A stretch of DNA of 64,000 nucleotides from Centroscyllium fabricii. Its lineage: Eukaryota. The notes beneath the pieces are model-generated. The model did not search any database, was not told the origin of the DNA, and saw only the letters and a program-made list of their open reading frames with translations. The position numbers were made by a program, and so were the translations under genes. Below are positions 37,455 to 50,238 of this stretch, one piece after another. Each line of letters begins with the position of its first letter. Position 1 is the stretch's first letter. Location of the stretch: contig JBNRSN020000008.1 in the NCBI GenBank assembly GCA_051313645.2, positions 38,440,001 to 38,504,000 of the forward strand, read 5' to 3'.

Positions 37455-37900
37455 TTAGGCTTGTTTCATTTCTTTTAGATCCCTCCCCCATCTTACTAGT
37501 TTAAAGCCTATGTCACGGGTCCCATCCCAGTTCAGGTGGAGCCTATCCCATCGGTACAGGTCATTTCTGTCCCAGTACTGGTGCCAGTGTCCCATACCAG
37601 CTTCCCACCATACTTCCCACACCAGCCCTTTGGCCACATGTTAATTCTCCTGATCTGACTGTTTCTATGCTAATTTGTAGGTGGCTCCAGCAATAATCCA
37701 GAGATTATTACCCTCGAGGACCTGCTTTTTAATTTAGCTCCTAACTTCTGATACTCCCTCAGTAGGATCTCCTCCCTGTTCTTACCTAAGTTGTTTGTTC
37801 CGAGATGGACCACGACAACTGGATTTACCCCCTCCCATTCGAAATTCCTCTCCAGCCGCCACAAAATATCCCTTAACCTGGCACTGGGTAAGCAGCACAC
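37455..37900 (-). pseudogene. CR1 ORF1 SGNH-esterase domain remnant
   Basis: CLPSARLRDI...VVVHLGTNN...VIISGLL and LYRWDRLHLN motifs typical of CR1 ORF1p esterase. Confidence 0.8.
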
Positions 37901-38236
37901 CCTTTGGGATTCTCATTCTTGGCTGCAAAGGACACTCTCTATCCCCCAATTATAGAATCCCTATCATTACCACATTTGTATTCTGCTCTTCACCCGCCTT
38001 GGACAGCCTTCTGAGCCACGGTGCCTTGGTCTGCATTGCGGCTGTCCTCCCCACAGTCTTTCTCCTTGTCTTCACACGTAGCGAGTACATCATACCTGTT
38101 GGACAGGACCAGTGTCTGTGGGGCCACCTTCTCAAACTCTCCTAAGCCCCTGCTACCCGGCTCCCTAAGAGTCACATCCTCCCTTTCCTGAACCTGTGCT
38201 TTCTTCTGGGGTCTGACTGTATTCTGGATAAAACAA

Positions 38237-38478
38237 AGATGTGCTGGTTAGGTTGATTGGCCATGATAAATTGACCCTTAGTGTTAGGGGGATTGAATGT
38301 GGGGTTACGGGGATAGGGTGGGATATGTGTCGGTGCAGGCTCGAGAGGGATCGAGGGATATGGGGACGAGGCAGGGACAGGGTACTGGGTTTGGATGATC
38401 AGCCATGATCTCATTGAATGGCGGAGCAGGCTCGAGGGGCCGAATGGCCTACTCCTGCTCCTATGTTTCTATGTTTCT
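38237..38478 (+). mobile_element. HE1-type SINE, 5' truncated
   Basis: Matches the 3' half of the other copies. Confidence 0.85.
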
Positions 38479-38768
38479 AGGTACCCAGAAATTCCTCCCT
38501 GTCCCTTATGTTTGGGAGCGTCTCTAACTCGTACTCCAACTCAGTGACTCTGAGCCAGAGTGACTGAAGGCTGAGACAATTCCTGCAGATATGGGAATCC
38601 GGAACCGTCTTACTGTCCACAAACTCCCTCATAATACAGTCCCTGCCCTGCCATCTCTAGACTTTATTTATTTGCTTATTTAATTAGTTAAAGTTTATAA
38701 TCAAATAATTATTTAGTTATATTAATTATTTAGTTTATCTAGTTAAGTTAAAATTTAATAACTTATGA

Positions 38769-39153
38769 GGGGTGGCATAGTGGTTAGCACTGTTGCCTTA
38801 CAGCACTAGAGACCCGGGTTCAAATCCGGCCTCGGGTACTATCCGTGTGGAGTTTGCACATTCTCCCCGTGTCTGCGTGGGTTTCCTCTGGGTGCTCCGG
38901 TTTCCTCCCACAGTCCAAAGATGTGCGGGTTAGGTTGATTGGCCAGGATAAATTGACCCTTAGTGTTAGGGGGATTGAATATGTGGGTTTACGGGAATAG
39001 GGTGGGATATGTGTCAGTGCAGGCTCGAGAGGGATATGGGGACAAGGCAGGGACAGGGTGTTGGGTTTGGAAGATCAGCCATGATCTCATTGACTGGTGG
39101 AGCAGGCTCGAAGGGCCGAATGGCCTACTCCTGCTCCTATCTTCTATGTTTCT
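38769..39153 (+). mobile_element. HE1-type V-SINE
   Basis: A and B boxes, V-domain, CR1 tail. Confidence 0.9.
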
Positions 39154-39645
39154 AACTTAATAGTTATAGTTCCCCAGCTCTTATTGCGCTACTCACCCAC
39201 CACTCACCTACCTGCTGTCCTGTGACATCACCCCTTGTTTTATTTTAATTGCCACTCTGGTCCGCTGTGTCCGCTCTTTATATCCGCTCCTCTCAGTAGA
39301 TTCTCCCGCTCTTGTTATACGCTCCTCTCAGCCGCTGTGTCCCGCTCTTTATATCCAGACTATGAATCCACACAAAGATACCGGCCAGGAATTTCCTTGA
39401 ACCTGCTCAAACTCTGCTGCCATAACCTCCCTGGAAATCCCGCTTATGGCAAATATATATACCATCTAGTTTCCCTGACTGAGGGGTGAAATTGTTCGCA
39501 TGAAATTCCACAGCGCACTACTTTAAAGCATCTGTGATCCCATTTAAACTAAATAGTTTAATGAATGTGTTAAAAAGAACAATTTCACACCAACGTGGTG
39601 ATTCGGTCATTATAAATGTCGCTGAGAACAATTTCAACCCAATGT

Positions 39646-39789
39646 CTGAAAATGCTGGAAAAACTCAGCAGGCCCAGGCAACATCCGTGAAGAGAGAAAT
39701 AGAGTCAGCGTTTCGTGTCACGAAACGCTGACTCTGTTTCTCTCTTCACGGATGTTGCCAGGCCTGCTGAGTTTTTCCAGCATTTTCAG
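39646..39789. repeat. Near-perfect inverted repeat (arms about 72 bp) of the Penelope-derived motif
   Basis: Arms 39646-39717 and 39719-39789 around a 1-nt centre. Confidence 0.9.
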
Positions 39790-39838
39790 TTGTTATTTCG
39801 GATTTTCAGCATCCGCAGTATTTTGCTGTCAACACAAT

Positions 39839-41257
39839 GGGGGGGGGGGGGCGGAATTCAGTTGGGCGCTAATGGGGGCGCAAAGCAACTAGCGCCCGGG
39901 CGTGACAAGTTTAGTACCGCTCAGGAAATTGACTAGGCATTTTGCGGCGGCGCTAAACACTACCGCCATGATCTCCTGCGCCGGCAGATTGTGACGTCAT
40001 TCGAGTGCGTAGTGCCCCGGAACAGATATTGAGTGGCGGCGCCTGCCGCTAGCAACGACAGGTTGAGGGGAGCGCTCTGCAGTCAGAAAGGGACTGGGGG
40101 AGCGCTATTTAAAGGTGACTGCTTCCTGCCTTTTTTTGTTGGTGACATTTTTGCACCACACATTCTGAGAGAGTGAGAGAGAGAGACTGCTGGAGAGATT
40201 CAACGCTGTGTGAAGGAGTTTTGGGTACTGAGCAGTACTTTGCGGGTTCATTTTGATTTGTCCTTCCTTGTATCGATTTAGAAGAGAATGTGGGGGCTGC
40301 ACTCTGAGCTCTTTCCCTGGGTCTCTCCATTGTTCTTTCCAGCAGATGTGATGTACCTGTCTCTCCAGGCCGAGATTCAAGGCTGCAATGAGCAGGATGT
40401 GGATGGAGAGCAAGATCAACCCTCCCCTTTAAGATAAAAACAGAAAATGCCAGAGAAACTCAGCAGGTCAAGCAGCATCTGTGAAAAGAGAAACAGAGTT
40501 AACGTTTCAGGTTTTCTGACTCGAATGTTTGAGGGCCTGGGAACCCAACGCAATTTTGGCTTAACTGGCCAATTAATTGCCTGCGTATGGAAAGCCCCTG
40601 CCAATACACAATTTCCAGTCGGAAAGCAGCCGGCTGGAGTTGACAGCCGCAGGTTTGATTGGCAGTTCTAGGGACTGTGTTGTTAGTTTCTATGGAAACA
40701 GTCCATTGTGACATCACAATGGAGTGCAACCAATCTCAAAGCCCAAGTGGGTTGAGTGACAGGTCTAAGGACTCGATGGAAGGCTTTCACAGTGAGGGGC
40801 CATCTCTGCAGCAGCTGTCAAGGTAAGTCCTTTCAGTGTTTTCTCCATAGCTGCTCTTCACCCAATGGAGTCACTTACACCTCCAGGGTGTTGAAGGCCT
40901 GGAAGGCATTCTGCTGTAGGTCCTTCAATGCCTTGAAGGTGAAAGTGACCAAGACCACTGTGATCCCGCTGGGTTTCACCGGCAGGATTTCAGGATGGCG
41001 GGGTATGGGTGGGAAGGGCTTCAAAATCGCGAGGGGCCCTTAAAATGGGATTGCCCATGTCAATTAAGGGCCCCTAATTACCTCAACATTCAACCCCGCT
41101 GGTGGCGGGCGGGAAAGATTCGGGTCGGCTGGACACGCCAGCTGAAAACCGCAAAGCGGCGGGGATCCGGCGGGAGGGGTCGCGACCCCTCGGTTTCAGG
41201 ATTTTAGGCCCCGCCGTGCCGGAAACTCGCCCTCACGGCCCTCCGAAAATGCCCCCC
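39839..41257. mobile_element. Chimeric Harbinger-like element (family A left part + family B right part)
   Basis: 39839-40510 matches 718-1420; 40511-41257 matches the reverse complement of 31338-32215. Confidence 0.78.
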
Positions 41258-41325
41258 TAGAATCCAGCACTGCAACTACCAGACTGAAAGAGCGCCTTAT
41301 AGGAGAACAGTATTGTAGATGGTAG

Positions 41326-44300
41326 TGTAGCGGCGCTACCCAGGGAAACCACCAGGGCTCCCCCTCTCAGGCATAATTCCCATGAAACGGTCGGTCCCAC
41401 CCCCGCAGATCGATTGGACAACTGGTTTGCCAGCCTCGGTCCCTCAGTGTCCTAAGGAACTGCCACTCAGACCGACTCATGTGCCCCAGAGTGCTTTGCG
41501 GATTCGCGGGCTTTTTCAAACAGTTTCCTTCTGAGCAAATGTAATAAAGACGTGTTGTACCTGTGCTCCCGCACCCCGCTTCTTTTTACTTTTAAAAGCG
41601 AGTAGGTTGTCCGCCGACTCCCACAGTTGGTGACCCCTGATGTCGGCCCCCAAAGAAGCCGACTCGAACACACAGCCTGCGGCCAACCCGACGCTGACCG
41701 CCGAAACCGCGGCCACTCTAACGCCGGCCGCCGACTGACCCTGCATCTTCAGCGTCCCTGCCTTCTGAGAACTCCAGGCAGCTGCATGGTTCCTCCAGGC
41801 AGAGGCCCAATTCGAGCTCAGCAGCGATGCCGATCGCTACCTCCTCGTTGTGGCAGCACAGCCCAGCCACGTAGCAGCGGACATTGTTGACCTCCTGCGG
41901 CAGCCGCCGCAGGCCAACAGGTATGAGACCCTCAAAGCACGCCTGCTCCAGACCCACGACCTGCCCGAGGACGTGTGGGCCCGATGGCTCCTCGACCTCC
42001 CGGTGCTCGGGGACTCTACACCCACACGCCTCATGAACAGGATGCTGGCCCTCCTCGGTGACCACAGAGACTGCCCCTTGTTCCGAGCTTTGTTCATCAG
42101 CCTGCTACCGCAGTCGATTCAAACGGCCCTGGCGAACTCGAAGGGCCTCACCTACACCGACCTGGCGGTCGCGGTAGACCACATCCAGCTCTGTGGGACC
42201 GCGGACTGTGCAGCCACAAGGCTCCCTCCCCCCACGCGCAGGCCCACGCCATAACCGCAGGCGGGCCTGTGTTATTACCACGCTCGGTTCGGGCCCCAAG
42301 CCAAGCGCTGCAGGCCGCCATGCTCGTTCGCGCCCGCACAGGCTGCCACAGCGCCACGCCACCGACAGGGCCCAGCCGCCGCCAACGCCGTCGGTTCGGC
42401 AGGGAAGCTGCTTTTCGTGACAAATTCCCATTCGGGGCGCCGATTCCTCTGCGATACCGGCGCCCAGTGCAGCATCCTGCCAGCCACACACCTCGACCGC
42501 CAAGCCGGCCCCACAAATTTATGCCCACGCCAGGCGACTAGACCCACGAAAATGACGGCGGCCAAGGAAGAGTTCTCGGCCATGGAGAAGCTCTGCATCA
42601 TCCGCCGCTCCAACAGCCCATGGTCACCGCTGCTCCACATCGTCCCCAAGCCCGGTGGCGGCTGGAGGCCATGCGGGGACTACAGACGCCTCAACGACGC
42701 CACCATGCCAGACCGGTACCCAGTACCACACATACAGGACCTTTCGGCCAACCTGGCGGGTAAGTCGATTTTTTCTAAGGTCGACCTCGTCCGGGGCTAT
42801 CACCAGGTCCCAGTGCACCCCGATGACATCCCGAGGACGGCGGTAATCACCCCCTTTGGATTATAGGAATTCCTGTGCATGCCATTCGGCCTAAAGAACG
42901 TGGCATAGGCGTTCCAACGACTCATGGACTCAGTCCTCCAGGACTTGGACTTCCTATATGTGTGCTTGGACGATATTCTGGTTGCGAGCGCGGACAAAGC
43001 ACAGCATGTTGTTCATTTACACGTTCTGTTCCAGCGGTTGTCACAGCACAGCCTGATTATCAATCTGGTTAAGTGCCAGTTCGGCCTCACCGAGGTCGAT
43101 TTTCTAGGCCACCGCATTTCGGCAGCTGGCGCCATCCCGCTGCCGGCCAAGGTCCAGGCGGTCACAGACTTCCCCTGCCCCAGCACGGTCCGGGCCCTTC
43201 AAGAACTTCTGGGGATGATAAACTTTTATCACCGTTTCCTCCCCGGTGCGGCGTCCACCATGCGCCCCCTCTACGAGGCCACCAGGGGTAAAACCGGTAA
43301 GGACACCCTGGTTTGGACGACCGACATGGCAGAGGCTTTCAGCCAAACCAAATTGGCCCTCGCTGAAGCTACCCTGTTGGCCCACCCCATCACGGGTGCC
43401 CCACTGGCGCTTACCACCGACGCCTCGGACCACGCCATCAGCGCGGTCCAACAGCAGTGGGTCAACGGGTCCTGGCAGCCCCTCGCGTTCTTCAGCCACC
43501 AACTGCGGAAGAACGAACTGGCAGACAGCACCTTTGACCGGGAGCTGCTGGCCCTGTTCCTCGCGGTGCGGCACTTCCGTTTCCTACTCGAAGGCCGCCC
43601 GTTCACGGCCTACGTTGACCATAAGTCCCTCACCTTTGCAATGGCCAAAGTCTCCGAACCCTGGTCGGGGCGCCAACAGCACCATCTGAACTTCATTTCA
43701 GAGTTTACGACCGACATCCGCCACATGTCCGAGAAAGACAACGTCATCGCCGACTGCCTTTCCCGACCTTCCCTCCACGCGGTCCAGGTCGGAGTCGACT
43801 ACGCCGACATGGCACAGCCCAGCGGGCAGACCCCGAACTCCAGGCCCTCCGCTCCACAGCCACGGGCATGACCCTGGCCGATGTCCATTTCCACGCGGCA
43901 GGGACCACACTGTTATGCGACACCTCCGTGCCCCAACCCAGGCTCCTGGTCCCCGCCTCATGGTGCAGGTGGCTTTTCGACCTCATCCACAGCCTCTCCT
44001 ACCCGGGCATGCGAGCTTCCCAGAAGCTCATGTCCACCAAGTTTGTTTGGCCCGGCCTGCACAAGGACGTGCGGGATTGGACCAACACTTGCCCCGACTG
44101 CCAACAGGCCAAGGTGCACCTCCACACCAAAGCCCCCCTCCAACACATCCTGGTCCCCAAACACCGATTTGACCACGTCCACGTGGATTTGGTCAGCCCC
44201 CTGTCCCCCTGACAGGGTTTCTCACACCTCCTCACCGTGGTGGACCGTACCACCAGGTGGCCCGAGGTCATTCCCCTGTCCTCCACCACCGCGGCAGATG

Positions 44301-45340
44301 TGGCCCGTGCCTTCATCTCCGCCTGGGTGGCCCGGTTCGGCGTCCCGTTGGACATTACCTCCGACAGGGGCCCCCAGTTCACTTCACAGCTCTGGGGCGC
44401 CATCGCCGCCGGTCTGGGATCTACCCTGCACCGCACAACGGCCTACCATCCCCAATCCAACGGCTTGTGCGAGCGCTTCCACCACGCCCTCAAGGCCTCC
44501 CTCCGCACCAGCTTGGCTGACGCCAACTGGCTCGACAGACTCCCCTGGGTCCTGCTCGGGCTGCGAGCAGCCCCCAAAGAAGACCTCGGTGCCTCCTCGG
44601 CCGAATTAGTCCTAGGCCAACCCCTCCGCATCCCCGGGGAATTCCTCCCCTCCGCCACCGAGGGTTGGACGGCGGCCGAGCAGCTGGCCCACAGCAACGA
44701 CATGGCCCACCGTCTGCTCCCCGCACACACGTCGTCCCACGGGGCCCGGCAACCCATCTGCCCGCCGAGCTGCGCCAGGCCCGTTCCGTCTTCGTGCGCC
44801 GGGATGCCCACCAGATGCCACTCCAGGCACCATACACTGGCCCCTTCCGCGTCCTGGAGGCTGGGGACAAAGCCTTCCTCTTCGCAGTCGGTGGGAGGAA
44901 GGGCCTGGTGTCCAGCCCCGCCCGCCACGGCCACACCCCGGCCGGATCCCATCCCCGTCCGTGACACGCCCGCGGGCTACCACACGCGCTCCGGCCGCCT
45001 GGTCAAACCTCCCTGCAGGCTGACCTTCCATGTACATGGGGATTCTGGGGGGGCGTATGTTGTGGCGCTACCCAGGGAAACCACCAGGGCTCCCCTCTCA
45101 GGCATAATCCCCATGCAACGGTCGGTCCCGCCCCCGCAGTTCGATTGGACAACCGGTTTGCCAGCCTTGGTCCCTCAGTGGCCTAAGGAACTGCCACTCA
45201 GACCGACTCATGTGCCCCAGAGTGCTTTGCGGATTCGCAGGCTTTTTCAAACAGTTTCCTTCTGAGCAAATGTAAATTTCCTCCCGCACCCCGCGTCTTT
45301 TTACTTTTAAAAGCGAGTAGGTAGTCCGCCGACTCCTACA
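41326..45340 (+). mobile_element. Gypsy LTR retrotransposon, CsRn1 clade, internally deleted
   Basis: LTRs 41326-41625 and 45058-45340, 4-bp TSD GTAG, PBS TGGTGACCCC, CHCC motif, PR-RT deletion near 42515, multiple stops and frameshifts. Confidence 0.95.
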
Positions 45341-46069
45341 GTAGCACTGTTAATGTGAAGTCCTTTTTAAAGCCTAGCGGATAGAACATTTCATTCGAGT
45401 GCAAAACAAAATAGGAGATGCTTTGCCATGCTAAAAGAGACTGACTCCATATGCTTTAAGCTTCAAACCTAACGAGATTACAATGCTCAGAGTACAATAG
45501 GCCACATTTACATACTTTATATATGAAGTAGGTCATTGAAATTAGAAACCAATTTTTCAAATGAAACGAGACGTATGTTCATCTTTACATGATGAAACTT
45601 CAGTTGTAGACACCCGTCCACAGTTAAATCTGATGGGAACAGGGAATGATAATTGGCCTGATATTGCCAAAGATTAGACTCCCTCCCTCACTCAGCTCTC
45701 AAGCCCCAAACATTAAAATTATATAAATTCCTTTTTTGAGCTACCTACCTTAATGTCAGTGCCTCCAGCATAATACTTAAGTGCGGTGACTGACTGGCCA
45801 TTATCTGCCCTGACAGGAGGACAATGGAAGAGGAACATTTTGTTCCTCCGCACCTGTGGACGATCTCTTCCTCGGTTATGGCCTCAGACACTTGCTGATC
45901 CTTGTCTCTTGGTCTTCATTCAATGCTCAACTGACTTGAGTGTTACTGGAGATTGGATTAAGGGAAGATTTTCCACTTCAGTGCTCCCAGCACATGCCAG
46001 AGGCACATATTGTGAGATTGTGCTCTCCCAGACCATGATTTTCTGTCAGTAATGGACTTGAGGTGTGCG

Positions 46070-46580
46070 GTCTCCCAATTGCCTGGATGAGTGCAGCTCC
46101 AACAACACTCAAGAAGCTCGACACCATCCAGGGCAAAGCAGCTCACTTGATTGGCACCCCATTCACCACCTTAAACATTCACTCCCTCCACCAACGGTGT
46201 ACCATGTCTACAGTGTGTACCATCTACAAGATGCACTGCAGCAACTTGCCAAGGCTTCTGCGGCAGCACCTCCCAAACCCGCGACTTCTTCCACCTAGAA
46301 GGACAAGGGCAGCAGGCGCATGGGAACACCACCACCTCCAAGTTCCCCTCCAAGTCACACATCATCCTAACTTAGAAGTGTATCGCCGATCCTTCATCGT
46401 CGCTGGGTCAAAATCCTGGAACTCCCTACCGAACAGCACTGTGGGAGCACCTTCACCACAGGGACTGCAGCAGTTCAAGAAGGCAGCTCACCACCACCTT
46501 ATCAAAGGCAACTAAGGATGGGCAATAAATGCTGACCTTGCCAGCGACACCCACATCCCATAAACAATTTTTCTTTTTGT
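46070..46580 (+). mobile_element. Non-LTR retrotransposon 3' fragment (same family as 17110-18092)
   Basis: AWMSAAPTTLKKLDTIQ; shared 3'UTR. Confidence 0.85.
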
Positions 46581-47301
46581 GTACTCCTAGGTATGCGGGG
46601 AGCACCAAAGCAGATATTTTCCCCTTTAGTGCTTTTGATTTCCAGTGATAAAAAGTAATGAAAAGCTAAATAGATGGGCGTGAATGGCTTTTCTAGCATG
46701 CATAGCACAAGCAGAAGAGCCACTCAGTAATCGTCCACTGCACCATGAAGTCCGCAACTCACAATATAGGGTTCCAGAGATGTATATCTGTGCCCCATCA
46801 CTGTGGGGCAACATCCTGGAGCATCCCTGAGAGTGCTTCTTCAATAAGAACACAACACACTGTGAGTAAGATTAATCTACATGTCTGCTCGGTTTTATTT
46901 TTAAAAAATACAGTCAACTTAGACCCCAAAATAATCTGAACTGAGCTTATGTCCACTAATTGTAGATTTATGTGTAAAGGTCTCAGTTTGGGCTACTTCG
47001 GGATATCAATCTGATTCACATTTCACTGGTAATTGTAAGTGACAGTTTGAACAGAACTCAATTGTAAATGTACCTTCGGGGTATACTGACCCTTTAATGC
47101 TTTACTGTGTTATTGACATTTAACACAAATTACGGTGACCTGACCCTTTCTATTTGTTACAGCTCCTTTCAAGTTGAATCGAAAGTGTTTTTGGAACAGT
47201 TAATGTCACAAAACCAGACTCATTTTAGACCTCAGTCTGAGATTGCACCTTAGACTTTGAGGTGCAATTTGAAATTTTTGGCTGGCAACGAATAAGGACA
47301 C

Positions 47302-48232
47302 TGTGGTGCCCCGATCACAGAACGGACACAGTCCGCTTTTCGGTCTGTAGACTTTAAATCAGGCGCCATGCCTTTAAGAGGCATCGCACCTTTAAGAGAC
47401 CCTGCCGGTATATAAATAGCCCAAGGGCGGTAAAATACCAGTGGAAGCTACTGTTCAAAATAAAGTAGTCTTACTGTTCGTGTGCCTCCCGACTCCATTT
47501 TGTGTTCAGCTCTTAGCTTCCACATTGGTGACCCCGACGCTCAGGATGATTCCTAAGCGAAACCATGGATGACACAAACACAGTTTCACTGAAGCTGTCA
47601 GAGTTTTGGGAGAACCAGGCTACCGCCTGGTTCCTTCAGGTCGAATCGCAATTCTGACTCTGCGGCATCACCGCCGACACAACAAAGTATGCCATGACGC
47701 CCACCGAGGCCCTCTATGGCCCCCATACGACGGACCCTACAAGGTTCTCCAGATGGGGAACAAGTTCTTCCTCCTCGAAATGGCCGGCAGAACCGACAAG
47801 GTGTCGGTCGACCGGCTCAAACTGGCGCACCTGGAGCCCGGCGAACCGGTTCAAGTGGGCGAGCCCCCACCGCGGGGCAGACCGCCTAAGAGCCCGACCC
47901 GTCCGACCGCCCCGCACTCTACAGCAACCGCCAAGAGCCGTCCCGGCCGTGCCATCAAACCGACACACCGGTTCGTACACTCCCTACTAGCGGATTCTGG
48001 GGGGAGCTGTGTGGTGCACCGATCACAGAACGGACACAATCTGCTTTTCGGTCTGTAGACTTTAAATCAGGCACCATACCTTTAAGAGGCATCGCACCTT
48101 TAAGAGACCCTGCCGGTATATAAATAGCCCAAGGGCGGGAAAATACCAGTTGAAGCTGCTGTTCGAAATAAAGTAGTCTTACTGTTCGTGTGCCTCCCGA
48201 CTCCATTTTGTATTCAGCTCTTAGCTTCCACA
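47302..48232 (+). mobile_element. Miniature LTR element (TRIM-like CsRn1 deletion derivative), 931 bp
   Basis: 223-bp LTRs (47302-47524, 48010-48232), tRNA-Trp PBS TGGTGACCCCGACG, PPT, TSD ACAC/ACAT; 485-bp interior = Gag N-terminus fused to integrase GPY tail. Confidence 0.92.
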
Positions 48233-48744
48233 ACATAAGAAATAGGAGCAGGAGTAGGCCATCCGGCCCTTTGAACCTGCTCTGCCATTCAATGAGATCA
48301 TGGCTGATCTCCTACCTCAACTCCCGCCCTATCCCCATATCCCTTGATTCCCTCCTGGGTCCACTCCTGAATCCTGCATAACTTATTTAAAAGGCCACCG
48401 CTCCTGATGCCCTGTATTGTATTGCCTGAACAGTGATTTCTTTGATCTACTTTAACCCTTACACAGAGTGGATAAAAAATCTGACATCAACAAAAGCTCA
48501 AGGAAATCCCACTTGCACATAACCTGTACACCATAGTCTATTCATGTACAAGGTGCTTTTTAAACTAATCTCCATTCACTGATCAAGTAGGTGCGAGGAA
48601 ACTGTTGCACAAGAGTACAACTGGTCCAATAGAAGGCTAAGAGCACTTAGGGGAGAAGTTTACCCTATTGCTCCCGACCCAGGATTCATTAATATAAATG
48701 GAGCAATTTTGTGAGTTGGTTGAAGTAGGGGCCCCTAGTTCTAG

Positions 48745-49410
48745 AAGATAGTCACTGAATAGGGAATTCAGGAGAAACTTCTTTACCCAGAGAGTGATTA
48801 GAATGTGGAACTCAATACCCTGTACCACAAAGGATAGTAGTTGAGGCGAATGGCAGAGATGCATTTAAGGGGAAGCGAGATAGACACATGTGGGAGAAAG
48901 GAATAGAAGGATACAGGTTGAGCACCGGTAATCTGGCACCCGATGGTCCGGCAACTTCAGTGGTTCGGCACGAATCGAAACTGGCGGCCTTCAGTTTGTG
49001 GCGCAGCCGCTCGGCGGCGCCGCCGTTTCCCGTGAAGGGTGGGCAAGCGCCGAAGGCGTCGGGCGTTTGGGTTGCTGGTTTTTCAGTTCTTGAATGTGTT
49101 CTATCCCCGGGCTCCCTCCCGGGGAGTGTTCTGTCCGCGCGCTCCGGGCCCCGGGGAGTGTTCTACCGCGCGCTCTGGGCCCCGGAGAATGTTCTACCCG
49201 CGCGCTCCCCCCGAACCTTCAGTGGTTCGAAATTTTCAGTGGTCCAGCACCGGCCTGGTCCCGTGGGTGCCGGATTACCGGTGCTCAACCTGTATGTTGA
49301 TAGGGTTAGACGAAGAAGGGTGGGAGAAGGCACGTGTGGAGCATAAACACCGGCATGAACCTGTTGGGTCGAATGGCCTGTTTCTGTGCTGTAAATACGA
49401 TGTAATACTA
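48745..49410 (+). mobile_element. CR1 3'-end fragment
   Basis: EFRRNFFTQRVIRMWNS and 3'UTR; interrupted at a TA by a MITE. Confidence 0.75.
48914..49292. mobile_element. Tc1/pogo-like MITE
   Basis: TIR CAGGTTGAGCACCGGTAATCTGGCACCC / GGGTGCCGGATTACCGGTGCTCAACCTG, TA TSD; four internal tandem units of about 32 bp at 49095-49210. Confidence 0.9.
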
Positions 49411-50179
49411 TGCACATACATAGTATCTACCACACCTGCCGTGCATGTTGAATGCTCATTACCACAGCTCTCAGACCGGGTGCCTCCAGAGCTAAGCCTT
49501 TGGAAGGGCTGCTTCCAGTTGTGAAAGCTGCGCCTCATTTCGACTGATAGGTGGCTTCATTAATAGAGGAGATGGTCTAGTCAGAGTAAAGAAAAATGAA
49601 CACCTCCAGCCCATTGCCAGTCTCTCAGCAGTTGTAACCTTAAATTGACCACATGAACAGCAAGGGGGAAAAAAAGAGTTTAAAATGCTGTACATGTGTA
49701 GTTTTAAAAATAGATCACTTTTCGCACATTTTTTGCTGCTTATTTTTTATGAGATCCAAAGAAAAGGCTTTTCCGTATACTTTAAATTGTAAAGTATGGA
49801 CAGGGGTATGAAAGTATGTGCTGGTGATGCCCATAATTTTGCCACCACAGAACCAGTAGTTGGAACCCACAAACAGCGGCAGAAATTCTACATTTAGCCT
49901 GTTTGAATCGACGAAACAAACCAAAAATGTCAATTAAGCTTCATCCACAGGGAGTAAAAGTGCTGTTTGTAGTTACAGACAGGAAGTATTCAAAATATGT
50001 TTTACTAATTCAGCTCCTATTTCTACATGAACTTCCTTTGTTGCGACCATGTTAGTTCTGTTTTAGGACAGGCGTGAACAGATCTATACGAATTCTCTAC
50101 AATTACTTTCATCTTCTGCGATTCTCTCTTTCTCTGCTCAACATCTGTTCTTCCCTTTCCATCCCTTCCTCTTGTACAG

Positions 50180-50238
50180 GTAACAGACATGATGCAGAAA
50201 GCTCTCTTTGACTTCCTAAAGCACCGGTTTGATGGAAG
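50180..50238 (+). CDS. CACNB3: Cav-beta GK-domain exon, 59 nt
   Basis: long pyrimidine tract + tacag|GTA...GGAAG|gtgagc; [19 protein letters not shown](R). Confidence 0.96.

Larger units (their letters stand above)
26560..39360 (-). mobile_element. Near full-length CR1 LINE fragmented by nested insertions
   Basis: In order on the minus strand: 5'UTR repeats (39250-39360), ORF1 esterase (37455-37900), endonuclease (GITETWL, IMGDF), RT (32320-32890) and 3' tail (about 26560). Confidence 0.8.

Noticed and set aside
41467-45289. Numerous overlapping ORFs in alternative frames and strands within the Gypsy elements; possible env or accessory genes
   Set aside because: Expected by chance in GC-rich coding DNA; there is no room for an extra ORF between integrase and PPT.
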